Assembly (NCBI GenBank): GCA_009602735.1
Contig: WELA01003597.1
Location: 1 to 64,000 of the forward strand
DNA: 64,000 bases
Direction: 5' to 3'
From: Mesotaenium endlicherianum
Lineage: Eukaryota
The position numbers and the translations under genes are program-made. Below, piece by piece: positions 1 through 13,219 of the stretch; the stretch's first letter is position 1; each line of letters begins with the position of its first letter. The notes beneath the pieces were generated by a model. It did no database searches. It worked only from the letters and a program-made list of their open reading frames with translations, and was not told the origin of the DNA.

Positions 1-65
1 TCCATGTCTCGGGAGTTGCTAGTTTGAGACCTTGTCCTTACCATACAAAGAAGACTGTGATAACT

Positions 66-77
66 GCTCCGATACCA
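66..77 (-). promoter_or_regulatory. Primer-binding site (initiator tRNA-Met type)
   Basis: Minus strand TGGTATCGGAGC lies 1 nt after the LTR-terminal CA. Confidence 0.85.
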
Positions 78-78
78 A

Positions 79-829
79 TGAAATGGATCGACTTACCAAA
101 TAGGCGATTAACAATTAATAAAGATCTGTATATCAGCAAGTAATCTTTATGGTATTTCCGTTAACTGGTTAAACGGCAAAGGACAATACACTAGCAGGGA
201 ATAATACTCGTAAGTCAAATGCGAGTAAACTAGCATCAATGATGCAAATCAGTAAACTCATACATAAGCAAGGTTAGAAGACAGTGCGTATCAATGGCTT
301 CTCGCCTTGGATTCAGANNNNNNNNNNNNNNNNNNNNNNNNNNNNNNNNNNNNNNNNNNNNNNNNNNNNNNNNNNNNNNNNNNNNNNNCGAATGCCGAAC
401 TCGAGAGCAATGTCTAGCGTATGTACATGGAATGAGTTTAGTGTTCAACGGTCAGTGCGATGGCACCGCCTACCCGGGAGTTAACCACGTTGGTATGACC
501 TCGGTTAACCAAATCCTCCGCCATCTCCCATCATCCCGAATCGCCATCCATCATAGGGATGTCATCTGGCCATTCATCTAGCACACCACACTTAGAAGCA
601 TATCGAGGCAGTTCGCTGCTACCATGTACTGAAGTCAGCTGGCTGTCAAAGAATGTGTCAGCAAGCTGACTTAAGGTTACCTCAGCCTGCTACTTCCGGC
701 CAAGTCATTAAACTGATATTAAGTAAGAAGTCCAGCAGACTGATTGTTAACTAGAGTTCAGCAGGCTGAACTTATTTAACTATATTATTTAAATGAATAT
801 TATATCGACCAGTATACTGATTCATTACA
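79..829 (-). repeat. 5' LTR of Ty3/Gypsy family X copy (element continues left of the window)
   Basis: Minus strand starts TGTAA at 829 and ends TTTCA at 79, followed by a PBS. Homologous to 5225-5775, 20491-20613 and 47413-47921. Bases 1-60 match the gag start at 5149-5210. Contains an N gap. Confidence 0.75.
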
Positions 830-2900
830 AGCAAAAGAAGGTGCAAGCAGTCAGAGATTGACCGGTACCTGTTGATATTCATCAACTCTGGAGTTTCCTC
901 GGCATGGCGAATTATGATCAACGTTTCATTGAAGGATTTGCCAAGGTGTGTGCACCGCTCACGAACATGTTGAAGAAGCAGGAGAAGTGGCTATGGGGTG
1001 ACAAGGAGCAGCAAGCTTTTGAGAAGATTAAGGAGTTGTTGACACAGGCACCTGTGTTGGCAATTGCAAGTCCATAGCTTCCTTTCACCATCATCACGGA
1101 CGCATCAAAATTCGCCGTGGGAGCCATTCTTCTCCGGGACCAGGCTTAGGGATTACAACCTGTGGCATACGAGAGCAGGAAGTTGAGCCCTACTAAGCAG
1201 AATTATGCAACACACGAGCGAGAGATATTAGCTATTATCCAAGCTTTGAGGATTTGGCAATGTAGTGTGGACAGAAGGAAGGTATTGATCAAGACCGACC
1301 ACAAGAGCTTGGAGAAGTTTATGACGCAGCCAACGTTGACACCAAGACAGGCAAGGTGGATGGAGTTTCTGCAACAGTTCGACCACAAGATTGAGTACTT
1401 ACCTGGAGAAAATCAACCCTGCAGACGCTTTATCCAGGAGGTGTGACCTTGCAGCTGTCTCAGTTATCAAGGAGAGTATGGACTTCAAGGAGAAGCTTCA
1501 GACAGGTTATGAGGAGGACCCAGAGTTTGTTGATGGTGGAGCAGCTGAGTCCAACTCGAACATGCACAAGAAGGACGGCATATGGTACTATGGTGATTCC
1601 AAGCGAGTGGTGGTACCTGACATCAAGGAGCTACGAGACCTACTACTTGCGGAGCATCATGATTGCTTATATGCTGGACACTTTGGAAGCGAGAAGACGG
1701 CAAGCGCGCTAAAGCGGGAGTACTATTGGAGAAACATGGACAAGGACATCGAGGAGTGGATCAGGAGTTGCGATGCGTGCCAGAGAAACAAGACACCAAA
1801 TCAATGGAAGGGAGGTACATTGCAGCCCCTGCCTATTCCAGAGTATCCTTGGGAGCAGATTGCTATGGACTTCATCACATCATGACCAGTCAGTGGTCAA
1901 GGGCACAATGCAGTATGGGTAGTGTCTGACAAACTCAGCAAGATGGCTCACTTCATTCCCATGAAGGAGACTTCTCCGGCAGCAGATGTGGCACGGCTAT
2001 TCTTTGATCATATTTTCAGGCTACATGGGTTGCCGAAGGTGATTGTTTCAGATCGGGATTCAAGGTTCACTAGCAACTTTTGGCGGTCATTGTTTACTTT
2101 GATGGGGACCAAGCCAAGTATGAGCATTTTTTATCATCCTCAGACAGACGGGCAGAGTGAGAGGCTCAACGGAAGTCTGCAAGAGGTGCTCAGGAGTTAC
2201 ACTATAGAGGACCCTTCAGAGTGGGACAAGAAGCTACCAGGGTTGGAGTTTGCCTACAACAACAGCATGCAGGGATCGACCAAGCAGTCACCATTTACTA
2301 TGGTTTATGGAAGAGAAGTATATCATCCAGTAAACGTCTTGTTGGAGAAGGCCAAGGAGACTCAGGTTCCTACGATACAAGCTTTTATGGAGCAGATGGC
2401 CAAGACTTGGGATATGGCAAAGACGTGTATTCGGAAGGCACAAGAAGAGCAGGTCAAGCATGCTAACAAGCACAGGAGGGAAGTGACATACCATGTGGGT
2501 GACAAAGTACTCTTGTCAACAGAAAATCTACCTTTCACAGGCAAGAGGAAACTGCGGGCACAGTTTACAGGTCCCTTTGTGGTGCTCAAGCAGGTCAATC
2601 CAGTGACCTACAAGTTGGAACTTCCTTCAGGTTGGCGTATCCATGATATGTTCCATGTCAGTTGTTTGCGGCCATACGTTGACTCAAATGAAGGACATCC
2701 AGGACGACTACCTACACCGCCACCACCGGTCGAGATCGATGATGTATTGGAGTATGAAATGGAGGCGATTGTCGGCGATCGACGAGTCAAGCGAGGTTAA
2801 CGACTTGTTCAAAAGTATTTGGTCAAGTGGACAGGCTACCATGCGGACGACAACACTTGGGATCCAGAAGCCAACTTGACTTCTTGTGAGAGTAAGTTGA
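830..2900 (+). pseudogene. Chromovirus (Ty3/Gypsy family W) pol remnant: RT end, RNase H, integrase, chromodomain
   Basis: Motifs TDASKFAVGA, YESRKLSP..NYATHEREILAI, PADALSR, HH..GHFG..CDAC (HHCC), VSDRDSRFTS, YHPQTDGQSE, FTGPF and the chromodomain EYEMEAIV..YLVKW.GY...NTW.PE.NL. Contains frameshifts and stops. Confidence 0.92.
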
Positions 2901-2952
2901 GACGTTATTTACAGAATGCGTCATGGACGTCACATCTTGAGGAGGGGGATGA

Positions 2953-3685
2953 TGTAAGGTCATAGGTTTATAAAGTGCATTTTTGAGTTTCATGAAAGTA
3001 TATTCTGATTGCATAGTAGTGTAGAGTTTGTTTTTCATCGAATTTGGTGAAGTATTGAGAGAGTTATGGATTTCCGAAGTTTAATTAGTGTTGAGGTCGG
3101 TTGACGACTGTCCTTAATTCGCGGTGAGCGCGACCGTCGGATTGACCGACAGCTTCGAGCGATCTGGGCCGTTAGAGTGAATTCGAACTTTCACGTAGGT
3201 TCGGCTGACGCGGAGTGCCGACTAGGTCGACTTACCTAGAAGTTTCGGATTAGCCTAGCGCGTATAAGTTAATCTATTCTAGATATTTCGAAGCATGCAT
3301 GTGGACGTCAAATCGGCCCAACACGTCAGATGAGACTGATCTGGCTTTCTCACGTATATTTTGGAAGGGACAATTTGACGAACACTTAGAAAAATCCGTT
3401 GCTAAGCGGCCCTTCCGCCTAGGGGCGAGCGGCCGTCGTAGAAAACTATAAATAGACATAACTACTTCATTTCTTATCAGTTTTCACTTCTGTAAATTTC
3501 TACGAGTTTGTAATGACAAGGCCTTCCATTCTACATCAATTGTGAGCAGTTTCTTGCTAGTCAAAATGTCAAGTAATTTTCCTAAGCTTTCTTAGTGATA
3601 TGCCGCTGCACCCTTTAGTATGATCGCAACTAGTGCTTTTCCTCGTGAGTCACTACGCTTCCATTAGAGCACTCTGCCCCTTTCA
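2953..3685 (+). repeat. 3' LTR of family W
   Basis: Follows the polypurine tract GAGGAGGGGGA (~2939-2949). Ends are TGTAAGG...CCTTTCA. A near-identical copy lies at 42446-43187. Confidence 0.9.
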
Positions 3686-5224
3686 GTGATGGTCTTCCAG
3701 TGCCAGTTAGTGGGTTGTAGAAAGAAAACAGAATTTGTCCTCTTCAGAGTACAGGAGTACCAGTGACCTGAGAAATCCAACTGGCTGGTCTCCCTTGCCA
3801 AGAACTCCCAGCCTCTTCTTTCCACGTTATACATGGCCTTGAATCGGTTGTGGGAAGTGGTGTCCTTGAAGCTGTCTGTATGCATAGGGATCAACCTGAT
3901 GACCCTGTCTGTAGCCCAGATCCCAAGTATTGGCATCGCTTCAGATTCACATGTCTGGACCAATGCTTTGACCTTGACTGTCCTCAGCCTAATCTCCTTC
4001 AATTGCATCGTAGGAACTGTGTGGCTTTTGACAATCTTAGTCACCAAAGCATTATTATGGCGCTTGTGATTGAACTGTTGCTGATCCCAGGCATCAACAT
4101 TTTGGATCAAGTCAGCCAGTTTCTCATATTTCTTTCAGCAAGATGACCTGAGACTTCGGATTTCAAGCCATAGTGAAGTATACTATCCTATACCGCTCTG
4201 GCAATTCTGGCTGTTTCATCATGTTCTCCTGGAACTTTTGAGCAAACTCAGCAACTGAAGTGGTCTGCTTCAGTGTCAAGAAGATCATTGCATAGATAGC
4301 TTTCTACTGCTGAATCATAACATCAAATTTTTCATGCAGCTTCTCGACAAACTCTACCCAAGTAGGGTCATTGAGTTGTTGAGCATTACGCTCTCCTTTC
4401 CAATACAGCCACCAGTCTGCTGCACTGCCTTTCAGTAGAGCACCAGTGTGCCTGACCTTCTTGTAATCCTGCAATTTTGGGTTGTTCTCCAGCCACTGCT
4501 CAACATCAGCGAGAAACTTGATCAGGTATTACTTTTTGTTTTCCTCATGGTCATAGCCCTGGGGGGGTTTTGGCTAAGGCTTACTAGGCCCTCTGCCACC
4601 ACCACCAGTGCTTTGAGAACCCCATTGGTCTCTGTCACGCAGCAATGCCATCATGATTCTTTTGTCCTCTTGTTGGGATTGATACATGCTCGCCATTTGC
4701 GATTGCATCTGCACAAATGAGGCTCCCAAATCTACATTCTGAGGTGGTAGCCTAGCAAATGCAGCAGCAGCAACATTAGCCCAATTAGTAGCAGCTTCGG
4801 CATTCTCGATTGCTGCAGCTCCGGCTATGCCCGTTGCGCTCAATTGTCTGCAAATTTGAGGGAGAGGTATGACAGTAGGCACAGCAGGAGGTTGGTTTCG
4901 GGGATTGGCCCTTTCTGCCATTTGCTCTTCCACCGTTATTTCATCAGGGTCCCTCTTGTTTACTGCCTCCTCTACCTCTTTGGCTAAACGCTCATCCTCA
5001 GCCAGCTGGACTGCTACTGCAGCAAGAGCTGCTGCTTGCTCAGCTGCTTCTCTAGCTCCTGCATCGTGCAGCGTTTCTAAGTAGGTACAAGGTCCAAAGA
5101 CGCGACTTTCGTTCTGCACTTTTACAATGTTATCATTGTCCTCACCCTCCATTTCCCAAGAGTTGCTAGTTTGAGACCTAGTCCTTCCCATACACGAGTA
5201 CTACGATAACTGCTCCAATATTAC
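3686..5224 (-). mobile_element. Internally deleted family X copy: gag fused to part of the X accessory ORF, pol absent
   Basis: About 3975-5191 is homologous to gag at 20647-21870. 3686-3975 is homologous to 41170-41460. Degenerate PBS at ~5212-5223. Confidence 0.75.
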
Positions 5225-5395
5225 TGAAATGAATCAACCTACCAATAGGCAATTAATAATTAATAAATATTTTTATACTAGCGAGTCATCTTTATGGTGT
5301 TTTTTGTTAACGGATTAAACAACAAAAGACAAACACACTAGCAGTGAACAATACTCGCAAGTCAAATGCAAGTAGAGTAACAATCAATAATGCAA

Positions 5396-8300
5396 TCAGT
5401 AAACTCAAACATAAGCAAGGCTAGAAGACAAAGCGTATCAATGGCTTCTCGCCTTGGATTCAGATATCTCTCAGTAAGCAGTACAAGAGAGTTGGCCTCG
5501 TTTCCAAATGCCGAACTTGAGAGCAATACCTAGCATATGAACATGGAATAACTTTATGGTTTAACAGCAAGTGCGATGGCACCGTCTACCCAGGAGTTAA
5601 CCACGTTGGCAGGACCTCGGCTATCCAAATCCACAACCATCTCCCATGATCTCGAATCGCCATCCACCTTAACGGTGTCATCTGGCCACTCATCTAGCAT
5701 ACCACATTTAGATGCATAGCTAGGCAGTTCGCTGCTGCCGGGTAAGACAGCCAGGTGACTGTCAAAGAATGTGTCAGTAAACTCAAACATAAGCAAGGCT
5801 AGAAGACAAAGCGTATCAATGGCTTCTCGCCTTGGATTCAGATATCTCTCAGTAAGCAGTACAAGAGAGTTGGCCTTGTTTCCAAATGCCGAACTTGAGA
5901 GCAATACCTAGCATATGAACATGGAATAAGTTTATGGTTTAACAGCAAGTGCGATGGCACCGTCTACCCAGGAGTTAACCACGTTGGCAGGACCTCGGCT
6001 ATCCAAATCCACAACCATCTCCCATGATCTCGAATCGCCATCCACCTTAACGGTGTCATCTGGCCACTCATCTAGCATACCACATTTAGATGCATAGCTA
6101 GGCAGTTCGCTGCTGCCGGGTAAGACAGCCAGGTGACTGTCAAAGAATGTGTCAGTAAACTCAAACATAAGCAAGGCTAGAAGACAAAGCGTATCAATGG
6201 CTTCTCGCCTTGGATTCAGATATCTCTCAGTAAGCAGTACAAGAGAGTTGGCCTTGTTTCCAAATGCCGAACTTGAGAGCAATACCTAGCATATGAACAT
6301 GGAATAAGTTTATGGTTTAACAGCAAGTGCGATGGCACCGTCTACCCAGGAGTTAACCACGTTGGCAGGACCTCGGCTATCCAAATCCACAACCATCTCC
6401 CATGATCTCGAATCGCCATCCACCTTAACGGTGTCATCTGGCCACTCATCTAGCATACCACATTTAGATGCATAGCTAGGCAGTTCGCTGCTGCCGGGTA
6501 AGACAGCCAGGTGACTGTCAAAGAATGTGTCAGTAAACTCAAACATAAGCAAGGCTAGAAGACAAAGCGTATCAATGGCTTCTCGCCTTGGATTCAGATA
6601 TCTCTCAGTAAGCAGTACAAGAGAGTTGGCCTTGTTTCCAAATGCCGAACTTGAGAGCAATACCTAGCATATGAACATGGAATAAGTTTATGGTTTAACA
6701 GCAAGTGCGATGGCACCGTCTACCCAGGAGTTAACCACGTTGGCAGGACCTCGGCTATCCAAATCCACAACCATCTCCCATGATCTCGAATCGCCATCCA
6801 CCTTAACGGTGTCATCTGGCCACTCATCTAGCATACCACATTTAGATGCATAGCTAGGCAGTTCGCTGCTGCCGGGTAAGACAGCCAGGTGACTGTCAAA
6901 GAATGTGTCAGTAAACTCAAACATAAGCAAGGCTAGAAGACAAAGCGTATCAATGGCTTCTCGCCTTGGATTCAGATATCTCTCAGTAAGCAGTACAAGA
7001 GAGTTGGCCTTGTTTCCAAATGCCGAACTTGAGAGCAATACCTAGCATATGAACATGGAATAAGTTTATGGTTTAACAGCAAGTGCGATGGCACCGTCTA
7101 CCCAGGAGTTAACCACGTTGGCAGGACCTCGGCTATCCAAATCCACAACCATCTCCCATGATCTCGAATCGCCATCCACCTTAACGGTGTCATCTGGCCA
7201 CTCATCTAGCATACCACATTTAGATGCATAGCTAGGCAGTTCGCTGCTGCCGGGTAAGACAGCCAGGTGACTGTCAAAGAATGTGTCAGTAAACTCAAAC
7301 ATAAGCAAGGCTAGAAGACAAAGCGTATCAATGGCTTCTCGCCTTGGATTCAGATATCTCTCAGTAAGCAGTACAAGAGAGTTGGCCTTGTTTCCAAATG
7401 CCGAACTTGAGAGCAATACCTAGCATATGAACATGGAATAAGTTTATGGTTTAACAGCAAGTGCGATGGCACCGTCTACCCAGGAGTTAACCACGTTGGC
7501 AGGACCTCGGCTATCCAAATCCACAACCATCTCCCATGATCTCGAATCGCCATCCACCTTAACGGTGTCATCTGGCCACTCATCTAGCATACCACATTTA
7601 GATGCATAGCTAGGCAGTTCGCTGCTGCCGGGTAAGACAGCCAGGTGACTGTCAAAGAATGTGTCAGTAAACTCAAACATAAGCAAGGCTAGAAGACAAA
7701 GCGTATCAATGGCTTCTCGCCTTGGATTCAGATATCTCTCAGTAAGCAGTACAAGAGAGTTGGCCTTGTTTCCAAATGCCGAACTTGAGAGCAATACCTA
7801 GCATATGAACATGGAATAAGTTTATGGTTTAACAGCAAGTGCGATGGCACCGTCTACCCAGGAGTTAACCACGTTGGCAGGACCTCGGCTATCCAAATCC
7901 ACAACCATCTCCCATGATCTCGAATCGCCATCCACCTTAACGGTGTCATCTGGCCACTCATCTAGCATACCACATTTAGATGCATAGCTAGGCAGTTCGC
8001 TGCTGCCGGGTAAGACAGCCAGGTGACTGTCAAAGAATGTGTCAGTAAACTCAAACATAAGCAAGGCTAGAAGACAAAGCGTATCAATGGCTTCTCGCCT
8101 TGGATTCAGATATCTCTCAGTAAGCAGTACAAGAGAGTTGGCCTTGTTTCCAAATGCCGAACTTGAGAGCAATACCTAGCATATGAACATGGAATAAGTT
8201 TATGGTTTAACAGCAAGTGCGATGGCACCGTCTACCCAGGAGTTAACCACGTTGGCAGGACCTCGGCTATCCAAATCCACAACCATCTCCCATGATCTCG

Positions 8301-8522
8301 AATCGCCATCCACCTTAACGGTGTCATCTGGCCACTCATCTAGCATACCACATTTAGATGCATAGCTAGGCAGTTCGCTGCTGCCGGGTAAGACAGCCAG
8401 GTGACTGTCAAAGAATGTGTCAGTAAACTCAAACATAAGCAAGGCTAGAAGACAAAGCGTATCAATGGCTTCTCGCCTTGGATTCAGATATCTCTCAGTA
8501 AGCAGTACAAGAGAGTTGGCCA
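5396..8522. repeat. Tandem array of 378-bp units (~8.3 copies) amplified from an internal segment of the family X LTR
   Basis: Identical ORFs recur every 378 bp (5554, 5932 ... 7822; the 8200 copy runs into the N). The unit matches LTR X sequence at ~247-661. The array ends at a single N (8523). Confidence 0.95.
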
Positions 8523-8523
8523 N

Positions 8524-8616
8524 TCCACACTCAATGCTTCCCATGTTCAACCAATTCCTCATTCAACACTTAGCAGATATTTTCAAAAGCTTATCTCATC
8601 CTCAGCTTTCCTTACA
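8524..8616 (-). repeat. Repeat B2 (truncated by assembly gap)
   Basis: Matches ~10039-10131. Minus strand begins TGTAAGG. Confidence 0.85.
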
Positions 8617-9836
8617 TAGGACAAAAGTGTCTTACTTTCGCACAGGCTTCCACCCAAATTGAGCATTTACAGAATGAACAAGTTTTGTGGTTTGCAGAAA
8701 TCACGTCTAAGCAGCTTAACAGGCAATGCCAGATTCAGAGAAAATCGCCCTTCAAGGCTTTCGCTTAACTCCCACAAGTCACAGCTTACAAAACTCTGAA
8801 ACTGCACATCTATGTTGGCCTGGTCTGAGCTCTTCACTCAACATCGCGCCTTAACAGCTCTTCACTGCTCGGCTGGGCTCACTCAGTTCTTCACTGAGAG
8901 CTTTACTTGTTGAGGCTACTCTTGCTATCAGCAATTTGACAATTGAGATTTCTGAGAACTTAGAAACTAACACAGCACTCGCCATTTTAAGTGTCTCTCG
9001 CACGCTTGTGGCGTTTGACCCAAATCTGTGCTAATCTCCTAACAGATTCTATTTTGCAGCTCTCTACTTTCTACCAGCGAGACCCTCTCTTGGGAACTCC
9101 TGAGGTCTAACGTGTCTATGACACACTTAAGAAGAATTCTTCGAGCATCGGCAGAAGCGTGGCGTCTCGATTCTTCAACGGCCTTGGGAACTCCTTCTTC
9201 TTCGTGCTCCCTCTGCTTCTTCAACTTCCTTTGACAACAATGCAAGCCAGAATAAAGCAGCTTCAGGCAGGACTCGTGCCTTTCACAGGCACCACACACT
9301 ATCCTCTCTCGAGAATGCCAGTGCTTAGTCACAGTGCTGAACTTGCATGCCGTCCTTAGCAGCTCTTCCACCATTTAGGAGTTGTCATTCTGCATGCGTG
9401 CATGCATTGGGATTGTCGCGCGTGACTGCTTAGCCTTTCAGTTGATAATCATGCCTATTTGGCTGGCTGGCAGCGTTAAGAACGAGCGCTCAAGCCGTGA
9501 CTGGCCACATGCGGGTCTTGGCCGAGGTGGCACACAACGCCTCTGCAACATCCCTGCTGTACTAGGTTTAGATAGCCAATTGATCAGTACCTTTTCGTGC
9601 ACTTGCTGGTTCCCTACTCTTAGCCTTTCAACTGACTACTCTATTCAAACCCCCATCCATTCTTGGGCATGGGTTTGGCGTGTTGTGACCACTTTGACAG
9701 TGATAACAACTTTGAAATGACCGCTGACTGAGATCTCTCGGTCCTTTGGTCGGTTAGTCAACGCTGACTTCCCGTACCTGGGCAACCGTGGCTTGCGTTG
9801 CGCGTGCGACACCGTTAAGTTATAGCAGTCGCGGCA
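8617..9836 (-). repeat. Repeat A2 (1220 bp)
   Basis: Colinear with 19271-20490, with scattered substitutions. Minus start TGCCGCGAC. Confidence 0.93.
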
Positions 9837-9838
9837 GC

Positions 9839-10131
9839 TGTCGTGCCTAACAATGTCGGACCCCTGGCACGTGCGTGGTTTCTCAGCACGTGTCCCTTCG
9901 ACCTGGTTGACGTATCGGTGCGTCGCTGCACGTGGGAATCGACCGAGTTGATCATCCCTTGTACGTGTGTCGGCGGCAAACTGGTTGGGGTTTCACTCAT
10001 TCCTGGTCTTCCTGCACTTGCATCACACGGTGGGGCATCCCACACTCAATGCTTCCCATGTTCAACCAGTTCCTCATTCAACACTTCGCAGAAATTATCA
10101 AAAACTTATCTTATCCTCAGCTTCCCTTACA
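9839..10131 (-). repeat. Repeat B1 (293 bp), directly after the PPT
   Basis: Minus strand reads PPT GAAAGGGAGGGG (10143-10132), then TGTAAGGG...GGCACGACA. Homologous to 49992-50335. Confidence 0.88.
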
Positions 10132-11588
10132 CCCCTCCCTTTCAGCTGAGGCGTCCCTGCCTTTCCGCTGAAAGCCTCTATCTCCTGGCCTTGCGGCTGG
10201 GGGTTTTAGGAAGGCAGTCAGGACATTCCCACCGTCCTGCCATAATCTCTTCTTTGCCAATGCAGAAGGTGTCCAACGGGCACTACACTTATCGCAAGTT
10301 ACCATTGCTTCTTGATCATCCAGCACTTTGCAGCTGGCACAAGGTGTGGCTGGCACCAATTCCTCGGGCACAGTCTTGATCGTAGGATCAATATTAGGCA
10401 AGTGGCACAGCGAGCAATTCTGCACATGATCTCTTATGGTTTTCCCATCAGAACCTTCCAGTTCCAGCACACCATTGTCGAACGCATGTTTCACGCGTAA
10501 GATTACTGCACCTGAACTGGTGTCAATGGTGGTCTTGGTCTGGCGCTTGCGGTAGGCGAAGTCTCCTTCCTGAATTTGCGTCATTTGCAGGCGGTAGCTC
10601 TCGTCTCGCGTCCTGGCGTAACGCTGTGTGTCTCTTTTTTGTGCAATTTTCAGATTGTCCAGGGCAGCAGGCATCATGTGCTCAAATAACGCCTTGCGGC
10701 GTATCATGACTTTTAGCAGTTCCTCAGGGTTGTTCAGGTCGTTCACCTGTCCGATCTCCTGCTTGATGCTGCTGGGCACAACTGGACTTCTGCCAAACAG
10801 AATTTGATAAGGCGAGTAATTCGCCAAAGCAGCTTGCTTGCTAAATTTGTAACCCATAATTAGCCATGGTAGGGCCAGATCCCAATCACGCTTGTCATGC
10901 TCAAGGCAAAATTTGCGCAAAGCAGACTTAATGGTTTGCACCATCCGTTTTGCTAGACCATCAGCTTGTGGGTGGTCTCTGGACGTAGTGCGATGGTCAA
11001 TGAAGCATTTATCTAAGACTTTCTGAAAACAACCTTGGAACTCAGATCCCTGGTCTGTCAGCACTTCTGCTGGAGCTCCATGACGTACAATCACACCGTC
11101 GAGAAGCGCTTCCGCGGTCCCCAAGCTTTCCTTAGCAGGTAGAGATACAACCTCTATCCATTTAGAAAAATGCACTTAGAAAAATGCTCAATCATGATCA
11201 TAATGTACTTGTTACTTCGCTTGGACAGCGATAGCTCTCCTGCGAGATCACAGCTCTAGCGGTATCCTAGGCCCATGATTGGCAGAGGTTGCAGGTGTGG
11301 GTGTTGCTGTGTGAAACCAGCCTTGACGCGATCACAACTTTGGCAGGCCTTGATCACATCCTCACACTGCTGCTTCATGCCCCTCCACCAGCAAGACAGC
11401 TCCAAAAGATTGTACGTCTTCTTGACACCATAGTGTCCAATATTCTCGTGCATTTCCTGCACCAGAGCTCGCCTTTTGGTGGGTTCTGGCACCAACTTCT
11501 CTTGACCAGTTTTTTCAATCTTGAAGAGGTTATTGCGTTTCCAGCAAAACAGTTTAGCTTGATGGCTCACCTGGTCCTTTTTGTTCAC
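10117..11588 (-). pseudogene. DDE integrase with HHCC zinc finger and C-terminal PHD finger (element 1)
   Basis: Motifs MHENIGHYG..CQSC, VLTDQGSEF and HPQADGLAKRMVQTIK. PHD start CASC..MVTCDKC is frameshifted. Confidence 0.9.
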
Positions 11589-11594
11589 CGATGA

Positions 11595-13219
11595 TCATTC
11601 TATGTGGACTCCTGTCTTCAGCCAATACATAGTGGCTTGATCTTTCCAGATCTCCGGACTGAACGGGGGTAGAGGCTCAGCTTCTCCTGACGCTACCATT
11701 CTAGCCATTTTGGCCAGGCAGGCTGCCAATTCTGCTGGGTTGCTCGGATCTTCGTCTTCCCGAGCTCTCGTTCTGTCGTCTGCGGATGGGTCCGGGTTCC
11801 TGCTGAGTCCATCGGCGTTGTTGTTGAGTATACCTGCTCGATGTATCACTGTCATCTGGTACTCCTGGAGCTTAAGAGCCCAGCAAGCCAATATACCAGT
11901 GAGGTCTCCATTCTTCATCAGCCAAAGTAACGGCGAGGGATCTGTGATTAGCATGAAGGGTCTTTTCAATAGATACTCTCTGAAATGTGCGACAACCCAA
12001 ACCACTGCCAGCAGCTCTCCTTCGTAGGACGAGTAATTGCTCTCCGCTTGGTTGTTAGAGCGCGAGGCATAGGCAATGACGAACTCCTCTCTAGGACTTG
12101 CGACCTGAGTGAGTACTGCGCCGATTCCCACACGACTCCAGTCAGTGTGTAGACTGAACGGCTTGGAGTAGTCGAGCGTTCGCAAAATTGGGGCTGTTAC
12201 CAGTCGCTCCTTGAGCTTGTTCATGGCCTTTTTCTGCGCCTCCGTCCACACAAAAGGTACGTCCTTTTTCAGGAGTTCTGTCGAGGGTTCAGCAATTTTG
12301 CTATAGTCCTTCACAAATTTACGATAGTATCCGCTTAGTCCTAACAGGGCTTTCAGCTTACACACATTCGCTGGTGCAAGTATCTTGTAGATGGCTTCAG
12401 TCTCTACAGCCTGAGGAGACATAGCATTGTTCCCAATCTCATGTCCTAAGTAAGGCACGTGTGCCTCAAAGAATCTGCACTTTCCAGGGTGCAACGTCAT
12501 CCGGAATTTCCCCAGGCGCTGGAACACTTGTTCCAAGTGCTCGAGGTGCTCTTCTATGGACTTGCTGAATACCACCACGTCATCAATGTAGGATTTTGCA
12601 AAATCCAGCCCCTCCAGCACTTTGTCCAAAGTCCTCTGAAAGATGGCTGGGGCATTTTTTAGCCCAAACGGCATTACCGTCCATTGCCAAAGTTCCCTTT
12701 GGGCCCAGAAAGCGGTCTTACCTTGATCTTTTATTTTCACAGGGATTTGAAGCCTTGGCGTAGATCGATGATGCTAAACACCTTCCCGGTGGTAGCAATC
12801 GCAAAGATCCGCTCTGGTGTAGGCATCACATAGCTGTCAGGTTCCGTGTGAAGATTCAGTTGTCTGTAGTCTTCACACATATAGGTGGCGGTATAATTGC
12901 CAGCCTCGTCCTTCTTGGCAATTACTACTGTAGGAGCTCCATGTACTGAGGTTGATTTCTCAATCATGCCGAGCTTGTGCAGCTCTTGGCAAGCTTTCTC
13001 CACACAGTCTCATTCGGTCTGGCTGAGCTTATGCGGCCCGAGTCTGACTGGGTTATCAGTAGTTAGTGTGATCTCACACACACTGGCAGTGGTTCTACCA
13101 ATCTCCTCCTTGGTAAAAGCAAACACCTTGCGGTGCTTCTTCAGCAGCCTTTCTACTTGTGCTCTCTGTTGGGCTGAGACCATTTTTCCAATGGTGAAGA
13201 CCTCAGCTTCCAGCTGCAT
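11595..13219 (-). pseudogene. Reverse transcriptase and RNase H (element 1)
   Basis: Motifs MCEDYRQLN, IDLRQGF, MPFGLKNAPA, YIDDV, HTDWS, YASRS, NYSSYEGELLAV and ADGLSR. Split by frameshifts. Confidence 0.95.

Noticed and set aside
5396..8522. CRISPR-like array
   Set aside because: Units are fully identical with no unique spacers, there are no cas genes, and the context is eukaryotic.
5554..8562. Eight repeated ~116-aa ORFs
   Set aside because: By-products of the LTR-derived tandem repeat, with a non-ATG start and no domain.
9039..9374. Cys/His-containing 111-aa ORF in repeat A (also 19692-20024)
   Set aside because: Persistence is explained by repeat identity. It has a non-ATG start, the frame is disrupted in the solo copy, and no domain is recognisable.
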